A DNA stretch of 64,000 nt from Methanomassiliicoccaceae archaeon (GTDB taxonomy: Archaea > Thermoplasmatota > Thermoplasmata > Methanomassiliicoccales > Methanomassiliicoccaceae): the NCBI GenBank assembly GCA_040776945.1, contig JAXGZN010000002.1:736001-800000 (forward strand). The letters run 5' to 3'. A model generated the notes under the pieces. That model saw only the letters and a program-made list of their open reading frames with translations. It had not been told where the DNA came from and searched no databases. Every line of letters starts with the position of its first letter. The stretch's first letter is position 1. A program made the position numbers and the translations under genes. Positions 1 to 8,587 of the stretch are shown here, one piece after another.

Positions 1-103
1 TCTGCGTGGTCCCAAAGGGGGCCACATAATCATCGGCCCTCTCGAAGTACGGCACAAGGCTAGCCATCACTCGATGGCCGTTGGTCAAGGGGGTCGTACG
101 CAT
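1..103 (-). CDS. Hypothetical protein, partial (runs off the left edge)
   Basis: ATG at 103 overlaps the TAA of the upstream ORF (TAATG); MRTTPLTNGHRVMASLVPYFERADDYVAPFGTTQ, open to the edge. Confidence 0.5.
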   Translation of the reverse strand, partial: MRTTPLTNGHRVMASLVPYFERADDYVAPFGTTQ

Positions 104-282
104 TATCGATCAGCCTCCGGTCCCCTGCACCTCCGGTTCCGGCAGGTAGCGCAGTTCAGGATCTTCCGTGCCGCGTCCACCGAGGGGGCCTCGGCCCACC
201 GGTCCCGGGGGGCGCACTCGTAGTAGGACATTATCTCGGGCTCGAAGGCCTCGTCCAGTACCGTCTGCTGGGCCAGGGTCAC
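103..282 (-). CDS. 59-aa Cys-containing microprotein (CATC-x4-C)
   Basis: Manually translated MTLAQQTVLDEAFEPEIMSYYECAPRDRWAEAPSVDAARKILNCATCRNRRCRGPEADR; GTG overlaps the stop of 279..494; below the ORF-track cutoff. Confidence 0.55.
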   Translation of the reverse strand: MTLAQQTVLDEAFEPEIMSYYECAPRDRWAEAPSVDAARKILNCATCRNRRCRGPEADR

Positions 283-494
283 TCCCTCCCCTTGGGCCGG
301 TAGCCAGGCCCTCCCCGGGACTCGATGGCCCCCAGCTTGATGAGCTTCCGGACCCGGGCGGCGATGTGGCTCGGCGAGTCCCCGAGCCGATCGGCCATCT
401 CCTGGTAGTCGATGCCCGGCTCCTCGTTGCGCAGCTTGACGATCGCGTCGTCGAGCTCCCTGAGGTCCCTTCCGGAAACGATCTCCGAGCTCAT
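279..494 (-). CDS. Winged helix-turn-helix DNA-binding protein
   Basis: LDDAIVKL..EPGIDYQEMADRLGDSPSHIAARVRKLIKLGAI matches an Lrp/MarR-like wHTH pattern; coupled to both neighbours. Confidence 0.75.
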   Translation of the reverse strand: MSSEIVSGRDLRELDDAIVKLRNEEPGIDYQEMADRLGDSPSHIAARVRKLIKLGAIESRGGPGYRPKGRE

Positions 495-1123
495 TGGGTA
501 GCCTCCCGTCGAGGCTTGGCCAAAAGGGTATAGCTGGACAGCTCGAACGAGTACCCCAGCTTGGTCAGCTCGCGAATGATGGCGAGAGGGGAATCCTCCA
601 CAACACTCAGGGATTCGGAGGCTTCAACGCCCGGCTCTAGCGGCCGGAAGTGCGTTCCTCGGTGGGCGGCGAGGCCCTGCCTCGTCGAGCAGACCTTGGA
701 GCAACCGGGATGGTCGCATGGAAATGGGCCGTCGTCGGTCTCCGAAGAACGGTTCAACCCGGGGTGGGCCCTGCGGTGGTGGACGGTCACCCCCTGGAAG
801 GAGTCGAACGTCTTGCCGCAGTTGGCGCACCTGTAGCCGTCCTCCCCCTTCAGCGCGAAAGGGTAACCGGGGCAGCTCTTCTGATGCTCCTCCAGGAACT
901 TGACGGGGAGCCCGCACCCCGAGCAGATCCGGGTGCCTTTCTCCGAGGCTAACTTGACGGTCGGCGGCCTTGGTAATGGTTTTACGACCTTGAGGTCGAC
1001 CACCGGGATGGGGACGCCGGGAAGGGCCGAGCAGGAGAGATCCCTGAGATGCTGGATGTACTCCTCGCGAGAAGGGAAGTCGGTACCGCATCGCGAGCAG
1101 TGGGTATCGCAGTTCTTCATCAT
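491..1123 (-). CDS. Multi-zinc-finger protein (two C2HC and two C2H2 fingers)
   Basis: CSRC..H..C, CSGC..H..C, YRCANCGKTFDSFQGVTVHHRRAH, FPCDHPGCSKVCSTRQGLAAHRGTH; start moved to ATG 1123, which overlaps the upstream TGA. Confidence 0.8.
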   Translation of the reverse strand: MMKNCDTHCSRCGTDFPSREEYIQHLRDLSCSALPGVPIPVVDLKVVKPLPRPPTVKLASEKGTRICSGCGLPVKFLEEHQKSCPGYPFALKGEDGYRCANCGKTFDSFQGVTVHHRRAHPGLNRSSETDDGPFPCDHPGCSKVCSTRQGLAAHRGTHFRPLEPGVEASESLSVVEDSPLAIIRELTKLGYSFELSSYTLLAKPRREATQ

Positions 1124-1413
1124 CGGTCCCCCTCCTGGGAACCCTTGCTCCGAGCCCAATTGACGAACTGGTTGAGGTTCCCGAGATGGAACATCTGGGT
1201 GGGGTAGGCCCGGTTGGATAGGCTCTTGCGGTACGCCTCGATCTCCGCCTCCCCGAACTTGGCTGGATCTTCGGGCCAATTGTGGTCCCTTGCGTAGGCC
1301 ATGGCCGCCCTGGTCATGTTCATCTTCTTGGCGATGGTCTTGGGCATGAGGCCGCGTTCGCGCAGCCGAGCCTCCCAGAGCGCCAAGATCGTGTCGTCCT
1401 TGCTGGTGCTCAT
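1120..1413 (-). CDS. Small protein resembling the tyrosine-integrase N-terminal SAM-like core-binding domain, with no catalytic domain
   Basis: WEARLRERGLMPKTI...DPAKFGEAEIEAYRKSL....TQMFHLGNLNQFVNWA fits the core-binding four-helix pattern; GGAGG before ATG 1413. Confidence 0.55.
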   Translation of the reverse strand: MSTSKDDTILALWEARLRERGLMPKTIAKKMNMTRAAMAYARDHNWPEDPAKFGEAEIEAYRKSLSNRAYPTQMFHLGNLNQFVNWARSKGSQEGDR

Positions 1414-1570
1414 ATCCGAGCCTCCAGCGTTCCTACCGACATGGCCGATTCTTCGTTGTTCATCCTCCCTTCCACGCACCGTTCTTTCGGTACTCTTGGA
1501 TATTGTGTAATGATCGATCTTATCTGATTGCCACCAGTCCCTTCTAGAGTTTTGAGAAAAGAGATCCCGC

Positions 1571-1804
1571 TCAGGCGATCACCGTCGGGGCGAGGAGACG
1601 GTTAAGGGAATGCGCCCTCCCCTCAAACCTCTCCTGAGCGTCCGAGCACTCAGCCTTCAACGCCCATAGGATCATCGTGGGCGTCTCCGGGTCGTCGAGA
1701 AGCTCGGAGACGCCGCAACGGCACCCCTGATCATCAGTGATACCGTGGGCGCAGAACACGCATTTGTTCACGTAATCCTGGCGGTCGCTCAGCGCCGTCC
1801 ACAT
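1571..1804 (-). CDS. Cys-rich hypothetical protein
   Basis: MWTALSDRQDYVNKCVFCAHG...CRC...C; purine-rich stretch before ATG 1804. Confidence 0.5.
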   Translation of the reverse strand: MWTALSDRQDYVNKCVFCAHGITDDQGCRCGVSELLDDPETPTMILWALKAECSDAQERFEGRAHSLNRLLAPTVIA

Positions 1805-2163
1805 CCCCCCGTCCTTCCTTTCGCTATGACTACGTCTGGCTCCTTTACTTGGTTGCACATAACCGTTGCCTCCGGTCGCCCCCACGAGGGGGCGGAGATG
1901 TGATAAAAGTATTAGTTTTAAGAGTTTGCGTTATGTTGTGAGAATTGAGATACCCGGATGAATGTAGACCCAAATTGAAGGGCCTTGACCCAGAATCATT
2001 CCAAACCGATCTTCCGTTCTTCACCTAGTGTTGCTGCCTTCTCCCTCTTTGGAATAAGTGAAGAAGAAATATCACGATTTTCAGTGAGTCATGTCCAATT
2101 CGATGAGTGGAGGTCCAGCTGGGAGACGGGCCCGAGGCTTCCAGTAGCAAGGACAGAAGATGC

Positions 2164-2895
2164 CTAATCTACTGGCGGTTCGGGTAAATCGGTCTCCTTT
2201 GCTGCGTACTTTGAGAAGTAGTTCATAGCCAATAGCGTAAAACGAGAAGAATGAACATTTTTCAGTGCATCCCTGCAAAACAGCTTGGCGTTTATCCAGT
2301 CGCCATATATCTTTACCAGGGGTTTGTGATCGCCGTTCATTATGTGAATAGCGAAGCGGTCGCGACCTTTATCCGTCTCATATATCTGAATTTGAGCTAT
2401 GTTGGACCATCTGATGAACTGGTTCGTAGTTCGGCCTTTCGCGTCCAATAATCTTAGCTCTATTCCGGCGTTGGTGACGAAGACTAGTTGGTTCATCCAG
2501 GTGAGCATGTAGAGGACATAAAGGCCGGTGAAAATTACCCACATGGCTATCAAGAATTCGGCAGCCGGGACCAGTGTTGCATCGATCGTGTTAGTGGCCA
2601 GGCCCCCTAGGAAGATCAAAATGATGAGGGATGAAAAGAAGGCAAACAAAAAGATGAATGCGAAGACCTCGTATGGGTTCTGCTTGTCGGTCTCGAACAC
2701 AACATATTGACCCTTCTGGTAAGCTTCCTTTCTAACGTTCTTCACCCCGCTCGCGTAGCTGAAATTTGCTTTATACGCGATAGGGTCGATTATGAGATAG
2801 ACCACTAGGCTTAAGGATAAAATCAAGACGGCCAGATAGGCCACTGCATCCCCGATGCTTATGCTATCACCTCTTCCAGATATCAAACCGTTCAA
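2164..2895 (-). CDS. Membrane protein with C-terminal PH-like domain (array member 1)
   Basis: 3 hydrophobic segments, then VFVTNAGIEL...FIRWSNIAQI, the motif shared with the array paralogs. Confidence 0.75.
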   Translation of the reverse strand: MNGLISGRGDSISIGDAVAYLAVLILSLSLVVYLIIDPIAYKANFSYASGVKNVRKEAYQKGQYVVFETDKQNPYEVFAFIFLFAFFSSLIILIFLGGLATNTIDATLVPAAEFLIAMWVIFTGLYVLYMLTWMNQLVFVTNAGIELRLLDAKGRTTNQFIRWSNIAQIQIYETDKGRDRFAIHIMNGDHKPLVKIYGDWINAKLFCRDALKNVHSSRFTLLAMNYFSKYAAKETDLPEPPVD

Positions 2896-3060
2896 ATATA
2901 TTTCTTATGGAACAAGAAATTCGTCTCATTCCCAACTTAAGAATCTTTATCTAGCATCATCGGGAGAATCGGATAAAAGCTACGTCCAGTATTGGGAAAT
3001 GACCTAATTATCAGAATAGCTATTATATTTTTTAATTGTATTGCTGCCGAGAACATAGCC

Positions 3061-3510
3061 ATGAATGCAGATCGTATCATTATGAGGCCCGCCCTGTGGG
3101 TTAGATTGATCTATGTATCAGGTGTAGCTTTTTGGATGACGCTAATAATAATCGGCTATATGGCCAATGCGGTTTCTGATTCCTCGATGTGGGTCATCTT
3201 GATCGCGATTCTCGTTATGTTCCTCGTTCCAACCCTAGAGGCGAACCTCATGTGGTTTGCCTGTGATGAGGAGGGCATTGAGGAACACAACCCATTCCGT
3301 AAGGCAGTCTTCATCCGGTGGGAGGAAATCAGCGCGATTAATCGCATTCCGATGCATAATGGATTAAAAGCATGGAGGATAGAGTCCACCGGAAGTAATA
3401 TTGACGTAGAAGAAAAAATCACTAGCTTTAGCGAACTAAAAAACCATATTATGAGAAAAGTTCCCATGGATAAATGGGTTAACACAGGTTTCGGCCAAGA
3501 CAATGTTTAA
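3061..3510 (+). CDS. 2-TM plus PH-like domain protein (array member 2)
   Basis: Two TM helices, then FACDEEGIEEH...FIRWEEISAI...RKVPMDKW; start at ATG 3061 preferred. Confidence 0.8.
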   Translation: MNADRIIMRPALWVRLIYVSGVAFWMTLIIIGYMANAVSDSSMWVILIAILVMFLVPTLEANLMWFACDEEGIEEHNPFRKAVFIRWEEISAINRIPMHNGLKAWRIESTGSNIDVEEKITSFSELKNHIMRKVPMDKWVNTGFGQDNV

Positions 3511-3685
3511 CAGAATTGACTGGTCGATGAAAACCTACACGAGTTTAGATCGGGCAGTAGATGGGCTGGAACATATTGATGAAGAGAGCTAAGAACCAGA
3601 AAATCGACTTGATACATATTCTTCTGAATTAAAACTCGATGAGCCAGATGTATCAGTGGATTGTGCGGGTTGCTCGAGTTACGAC

Positions 3686-4390
3686 TTAGACGATCTTCGC
3701 CTCCACCTTGTTCGCCAGATCGATTAGGAGCTCGTTCGGTAGGATATCATAGGCCCATGCGTGATGGTACGCGATCATGCAGACAACGTTCCTGTCGACG
3801 AAGAACAACCACTTCGCCTCATGCCCAAGGGTGATGTGGGGTCCGTCGAGTATTATCCCTCCATCGCCCACGCTGACGTTGGCAATGATGATCGGAATCT
3901 CTGGTAATACGTCCGGGGTACCTTGGTACGGCCTGTCCGCCACTGCTGTTTTATTGTAGTAAGCCATGGCATCCTCGGTCGTGTCGAGCACAATTACGCC
4001 GATATCGACCTGATACTCCAAATGGCCGGTTGAGTTGAGCTTTTCGAACGTCACTCCGGCAACACTGGTAATCGACGCGTTCATCGGCTCATAGTCCAGG
4101 TTGATGTCAAAATCCGAAGCGAGCCAGTCGGCGCCCATGTCGCTTCCGTTGAGGATGAACTCGGAGGCTACGCCGCTGACCAGCTTGTCCTCCTCCACCT
4201 CGTCCGATGTGTTAACATCGCCCTCATTTTCGTCTTTGTCCTCATTTCCGCCTTCAGGCGCTTTTCCAGGCGATGACAGCGCAAACGCTACCACTATTAC
4301 TACGACCACGAGAACGGCCGACAAAGCGACCAAGATCTTGCCTCTCTGCTTGATACGCTCAGGTTTGCTTCCATTCGACCCATCGATCAT
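3686..4390 (-). CDS. Membrane-anchored extracellular protein
   Basis: Basic N-terminus, one TM (ILVALSAVLVVVVIVVAFAL), acidic linker, globular alpha/beta domain. Confidence 0.75.
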   Translation of the reverse strand: MIDGSNGSKPERIKQRGKILVALSAVLVVVVIVVAFALSSPGKAPEGGNEDKDENEGDVNTSDEVEEDKLVSGVASEFILNGSDMGADWLASDFDINLDYEPMNASITSVAGVTFEKLNSTGHLEYQVDIGVIVLDTTEDAMAYYNKTAVADRPYQGTPDVLPEIPIIIANVSVGDGGIILDGPHITLGHEAKWLFFVDRNVVCMIAYHHAWAYDILPNELLIDLANKVEAKIV

Positions 4391-4621
4391 TGACTCAGCA
4401 CGATGACCTGAAAATATTATAGCATATAAGTAAATTTATTAAGAGATATATTTTAATAAAATACTCAACGGCCAGATGCCAGAAAAGGCTAGAGCTTTGC
4501 CCTCTTGTTGGGCCCAAATAGGTGATGGAAAAGTAAGCCAGTTCTCCAGATGTGTGCAAAGCCATCAAAACCGTCTTTAATTATTATCTCATTACGGGTA
4601 TCATATCCTCTGAGGATCACA

Positions 4622-5260
4622 ATGAAGTCCTACTCTTTTTCACATTACTTCAAGGGCCTGAAGTCCAGGGAGGTCTCGCAGGGCATCTTAAAATGGCTAG
4701 CCACCGAGGGGAGCAAAGTCAAGACTGTCGATGATGGCCACATCCGCGCAATTCATGGAAAGGGCTGGATCATGGTCCAAGATAGGAATGCCAAGAAGAT
4801 CATGAACATCTTCTTGCTGGAAAAGCCCGAGGGAGTGGATGTGGTAGCTCAGGTCAAGCCCTCCTTGGGCTACTTCGATGATGCTCCGAGGTGCGAAAAG
4901 GAGATCGAAGCGTCATGGTCCGCCCTTCTGCAAGAGCTATGGGCGACGGTCGAGGGGGGCGAGCTGGCCGCGAGAACCCTTCAGCCGATAAGCGAGCTCA
5001 AGGAGAAGGCGGAAGCTAGGAAGAGGAAATCAAAGCGCTCTATCATCTGGGGGATGCTAATCAATCTAGTATGGATTGGAATTCTCGCGTCGATCATAGG
5101 GCTCTTCGGCTACCAATCTCACAATGGGACCATAGCCATCATGGCCGTGCTAGGTCCGCTAATGGCCCTTGGCATCAGCATGGCCTTGTGGGGGTTCGCG
5201 CATTACCTGACCGATGTAAACGAGCTGAGGCGGGTCGAGCGGATGGAGAGGGGTGGCTAG
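4622..5260 (+). CDS. Hypothetical membrane protein (soluble N-domain, two C-terminal TM helices)
   Basis: ORF track 4550..5260; ATG 4622 follows GAGG; two hydrophobic helices near the C-terminus. Confidence 0.7.
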   Translation: MKSYSFSHYFKGLKSREVSQGILKWLATEGSKVKTVDDGHIRAIHGKGWIMVQDRNAKKIMNIFLLEKPEGVDVVAQVKPSLGYFDDAPRCEKEIEASWSALLQELWATVEGGELAARTLQPISELKEKAEARKRKSKRSIIWGMLINLVWIGILASIIGLFGYQSHNGTIAIMAVLGPLMALGISMALWGFAHYLTDVNELRRVERMERGG

Positions 5261-5319
5261 GTGTAGAGCAAATCTGATTGCGCGTCCGTAGCGAGGTTAC
5301 GATCAGATTGAAAGCGCAG

Positions 5320-6450
5320 TTATTGACGTTGATTCATGATGTACATCTTGGCTCTCGACCAGACCTCCGGTGGCAATTTGGCAACGACCATCTGGGCGAA
5401 CTGGGCCATCCCATCCAGATCACTTGTAAGCTCTATCTTCTTATTTGCCCCGTAGACCCGGAACGCGCCCCCGTACTTATTCCGAGCATACCTTACAGAT
5501 TCGACCTCGTTCCATGGAATGAATACCTTTGATAGGTGGAATCTATGCCGCTCGATACCCTCATCGCTCAATACGTAATAGGAAAGGAAAACCTCCGCTA
5601 ACATGAGGATCGGTAAAAGCATGAACGCTACCGCGACCACCTGCGTCCATAGGACCGTCTCGTCAGGCCACCAGAAGAACGTGTAGAAAAGAAGTGGAAT
5701 GAACACAGCGGCCAGGATTATGGTTATCGCCTTTGCCATTTTAGAGTAGCCGAGTCGAGTCACCCCCATCTTTATTGGTTCTACCCGATTGGAATGCATC
5801 TCAGGTTTTGAGATGAACAAAGATGCTTCCTTGCTCATGATCGAAAAAGGAACCTTCGAGCGAATGATCTGGAAGAACGCTTCAAGATTTTCCATGTTGT
5901 CCGCTATTTTTATTCGTGACTTGGCGCTATCAATAACCAGGGAGTGGCCGTTATAGAACAGGTCTGTCGCTGAGGACCCATGACCCATATCCAGCTTGGT
6001 GATATCGGACCAACGGATCGACCTGACGACCTTGTGCCTCTTCCGATTGAGCCTCACAGAGAAGATGCCCTCATCCGTAGCGATGAACAGCGTTCGGACC
6101 CACAGGGTGACCGCTACTTTTAGCCATATCGAGAGGCCGAAAAAGATGAAGAAGATGCCTAGGGCGTCGATTATGCCATCAAAGCTCACTTGTTCTGGCA
6201 GAATGGACAGAGGGAGTAAGGTAGCTATGCAAGCAAATGTTATTGGGAGTATCTGTAACACCATAGCACCGCGCTTACCCTCCGAATAGAGAAGCACGGG
6301 CTTGTGACCGCTGGTGCTCAAGAAATCATCTGATACTCTCGCTATTTTCCGTTCTCGTCCCCTGAGCTCCAGGACACATAAGGACACGAAAATACACCAG
6401 ATGGTCAAAAGGAAGATGACGGCCAAGCCCAGCGCGATGGCTTTTTCCAC
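5320..6450 (-). CDS. Membrane protein with two tandem TM plus PH-like modules (array member 3)
   Basis: FIATDEGIF..SIRWSDITKL..KVPF and YVLSDEGIERH..FIPWNEVESV..KLPPEVW. Confidence 0.85.
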   Translation of the reverse strand: MEKAIALGLAVIFLLTIWCIFVSLCVLELRGRERKIARVSDDFLSTSGHKPVLLYSEGKRGAMVLQILPITFACIATLLPLSILPEQVSFDGIIDALGIFFIFFGLSIWLKVAVTLWVRTLFIATDEGIFSVRLNRKRHKVVRSIRWSDITKLDMGHGSSATDLFYNGHSLVIDSAKSRIKIADNMENLEAFFQIIRSKVPFSIMSKEASLFISKPEMHSNRVEPIKMGVTRLGYSKMAKAITIILAAVFIPLLFYTFFWWPDETVLWTQVVAVAFMLLPILMLAEVFLSYYVLSDEGIERHRFHLSKVFIPWNEVESVRYARNKYGGAFRVYGANKKIELTSDLDGMAQFAQMVVAKLPPEVWSRAKMYIMNQRQ

Positions 6451-6615
6451 CCACTAACCTCGAACGGATGATGGTAAGGAAAAATAAAAACCTTGGTCAC
6501 TGAGGTCGCTACAGCTTTGAGGGCATCGACGCTTCGACATAAATAGAACGATGAATTGCTAGATAGCCTTCTCGTTGGGAAAAGCCCTGGTCACAATATA
6601 TTTTATAAAAAATGA

Positions 6616-7797
6616 ATGTTTACTCATCCGGGGATTAGGGAAGTGGATCGGTTATTAGTCGCAGAGCTCGCGATCGCTTTCTTCATCGGGAGCGCAATCT
6701 TGCTGTTCGCAGCATCGGTCCTCGAACTCCGCTCACAACGCGCTTGGGTCAAGAGCGTCCAGGGCGGAGATGCGAGCTCGGGCGGGCAGAGACGGGTCGC
6801 AGTGTACTTCGAAGTGGGAAACTTGCAGGTAGCCTTCCAGATGCTCCCCGTCCTGATCATTGGGCCTATCCTGCCCTTCGTCCTATACGCCTACCTCGGC
6901 GAAGGCTATGAGACCAGTACTAACGACCTGCTCGCCATCGCTGGATTATACATCGTGCTCGGGTTAGGAGCGAAGGCCATAGTCACCCGCTACATCCGGC
7001 GAGGCTCCTTCGTCGCCTCGGATGATGGGATCGAAGTGGTAAAGGTCAAGAGGGGAAGGTGCTCGACCGTCAAATCCATCAAGTGGAAGGACGTAACGAA
7101 GGTAGACCTCTACGAAATCATTCCAGACGGCATGGGTATCGACGCCGCAGGAAAGCGAATTATCGTACCGTACAACATGGAGAATCTCGAGCCCCTGTTC
7201 GAGATTATGCGCCGAAAGGTCCCCAAGGATGTCATCAGAAAGGGCGCGTAGGAGTTCATCTCGAAACCTAAGCAGTCAGCGATTCATCCATTGCCAGCAA
7301 GGGCCCTCGTCCCCGGAGATGCTGATAACGGTCGCAGGCTGACCTATTCGCTGTTCATGAGGGGCTTCTTCTCTTTAATGATGGCCATCGGTTTCGTATT
7401 GATTCTCTTCTCGTACCTATATTCCCCTCGGAACCCATCGGTCCCGGACCTGATACCGTACTCGATTCTCATCGGGCTGAGCCTGGTATTCAGTACATTC
7501 ATCCTGAAGCTCTTCTTCTCCTATTTCATTGTCAATGACCAAGGCATCGAGAGGAAGGCGTTCTGGGCCAGGAGGAAGTTCATCCCCTGGAGCGAGGTCG
7601 ACTCGATCATATATGTCTGGGGAAGGCGCAGGAGCGAGTACCAGGTGAGGGGAGCCGGCAAGATGTTCGCGCTTTCCACAGGGCTTGTTGGGCTGTCATC
7701 TTTTGGCAGGATGGTGGTGGCCAAAGTGCCCCCGGATAGATGGACCAAATCGAAGAGGGAGATTCTCAACATGGTCGAGAGAGAGGAGAACAACTAG
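6616..7797 (+). CDS. Two-module TM plus PH-like protein (array member 4), continuous only through the in-frame TAG at 7249-7251
   Basis: ORFs 6616..7251 and 7291..7797 share a frame with no other stop between them; the read-through KGA*EFISKP aligns with KEASLFISKP of paralog 5320..6450. Confidence 0.75.
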
Positions 7798-7919
7798 CCC
7801 GCTCATTTGATGTTTATCTGTGCAGAGCACAATACAGCCAAAAATCGTTATCTCAATAGGCGCCCAGTTTTAATTAGGCAACATCATGCTACCCCATAAA
7901 GATTCATGGGCGGATTATT

Positions 7920-8363
7920 ATGCAAGTGAACGATGGCGCTGTTCTTAGGTACAAACTTTGGATGAGGCTCTTCCTCATCTTTGGAGTCATAATGTGGGTG
8001 GGGATACTCGCCCTCATCCTTACAGGCTCCGACAGAAGCCTAGACCTGGCAGCCTTGATCATTGTGCTTTTCCTCCTGCCGACCTTCGTCGCGGCTCTCA
8101 GCGTAAACCTCTCGTGGCTAGGTTACGATGCTCAGGGCATAGAGCAGCATGCCCTCATCCGTCGACCGGTCCAGATCGGCTGGGTCGAGATTACTGGTGT
8201 CAAGATGGCAACCGTGAGGCGGGATCGAAGACAAGACCAAAGGTTCTTGATGGTCGTAGCTCCAGGGAGGCGGATAACAACCTCAGGCCAATATAACGGA
8301 TTTGAAGAGCTTGTAAATGAGATCGAAAGAAAGGTCCCCGCCGACAGATGGGAAAAACAGTAG
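7920..8363 (+). CDS. 2-TM plus PH-like domain protein (array member 5)
   Basis: LGYDAQGIEQH...IGWVEITGV...RKVPADRW; clear paralog of 3061..3510. Confidence 0.8.
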   Translation: MQVNDGAVLRYKLWMRLFLIFGVIMWVGILALILTGSDRSLDLAALIIVLFLLPTFVAALSVNLSWLGYDAQGIEQHALIRRPVQIGWVEITGVKMATVRRDRRQDQRFLMVVAPGRRITTSGQYNGFEELVNEIERKVPADRWEKQ

Positions 8364-8425
8364 GTAGGAGCTAATGTTGCTGTCGGTAGCCCCTTCAGAC
8401 TATGATGGACCTACTCGCCTATATA

Positions 8426-8587
8426 CTACCCGAACCTCGCAACATCCTCCTCGGCCCTCTGGTCCACGACCTCCACATCGGTAAACTGCCCTGAAACATA
8501 CCTCCTCTTGGCAAACTCAGTGGCCTCCTCTGGCGTGTCGAAGGAATATCGCCCGACGCCGTCGCAGAATACGAGGAATCGCTTATT
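8426..8587 (-). pseudogene. 3' remnant of a small gene truncated by the IS
   Basis: Open frame NKRFLVFCDGVGRYSFDTPEEATEFAKRRYVSGQFTDVEVVDQRAEEDVARFG* begins at the IS left end, with no start codon. Confidence 0.45.

Noticed and set aside
1886-8420. Integron-like or repeat-bounded cassette structure for the membrane-protein array
   Set aside because: The intergenic spacers share no convincing repeat (only a weak CGAG(G)TTACGA at ~3675 and ~5292) and the genes alternate in orientation
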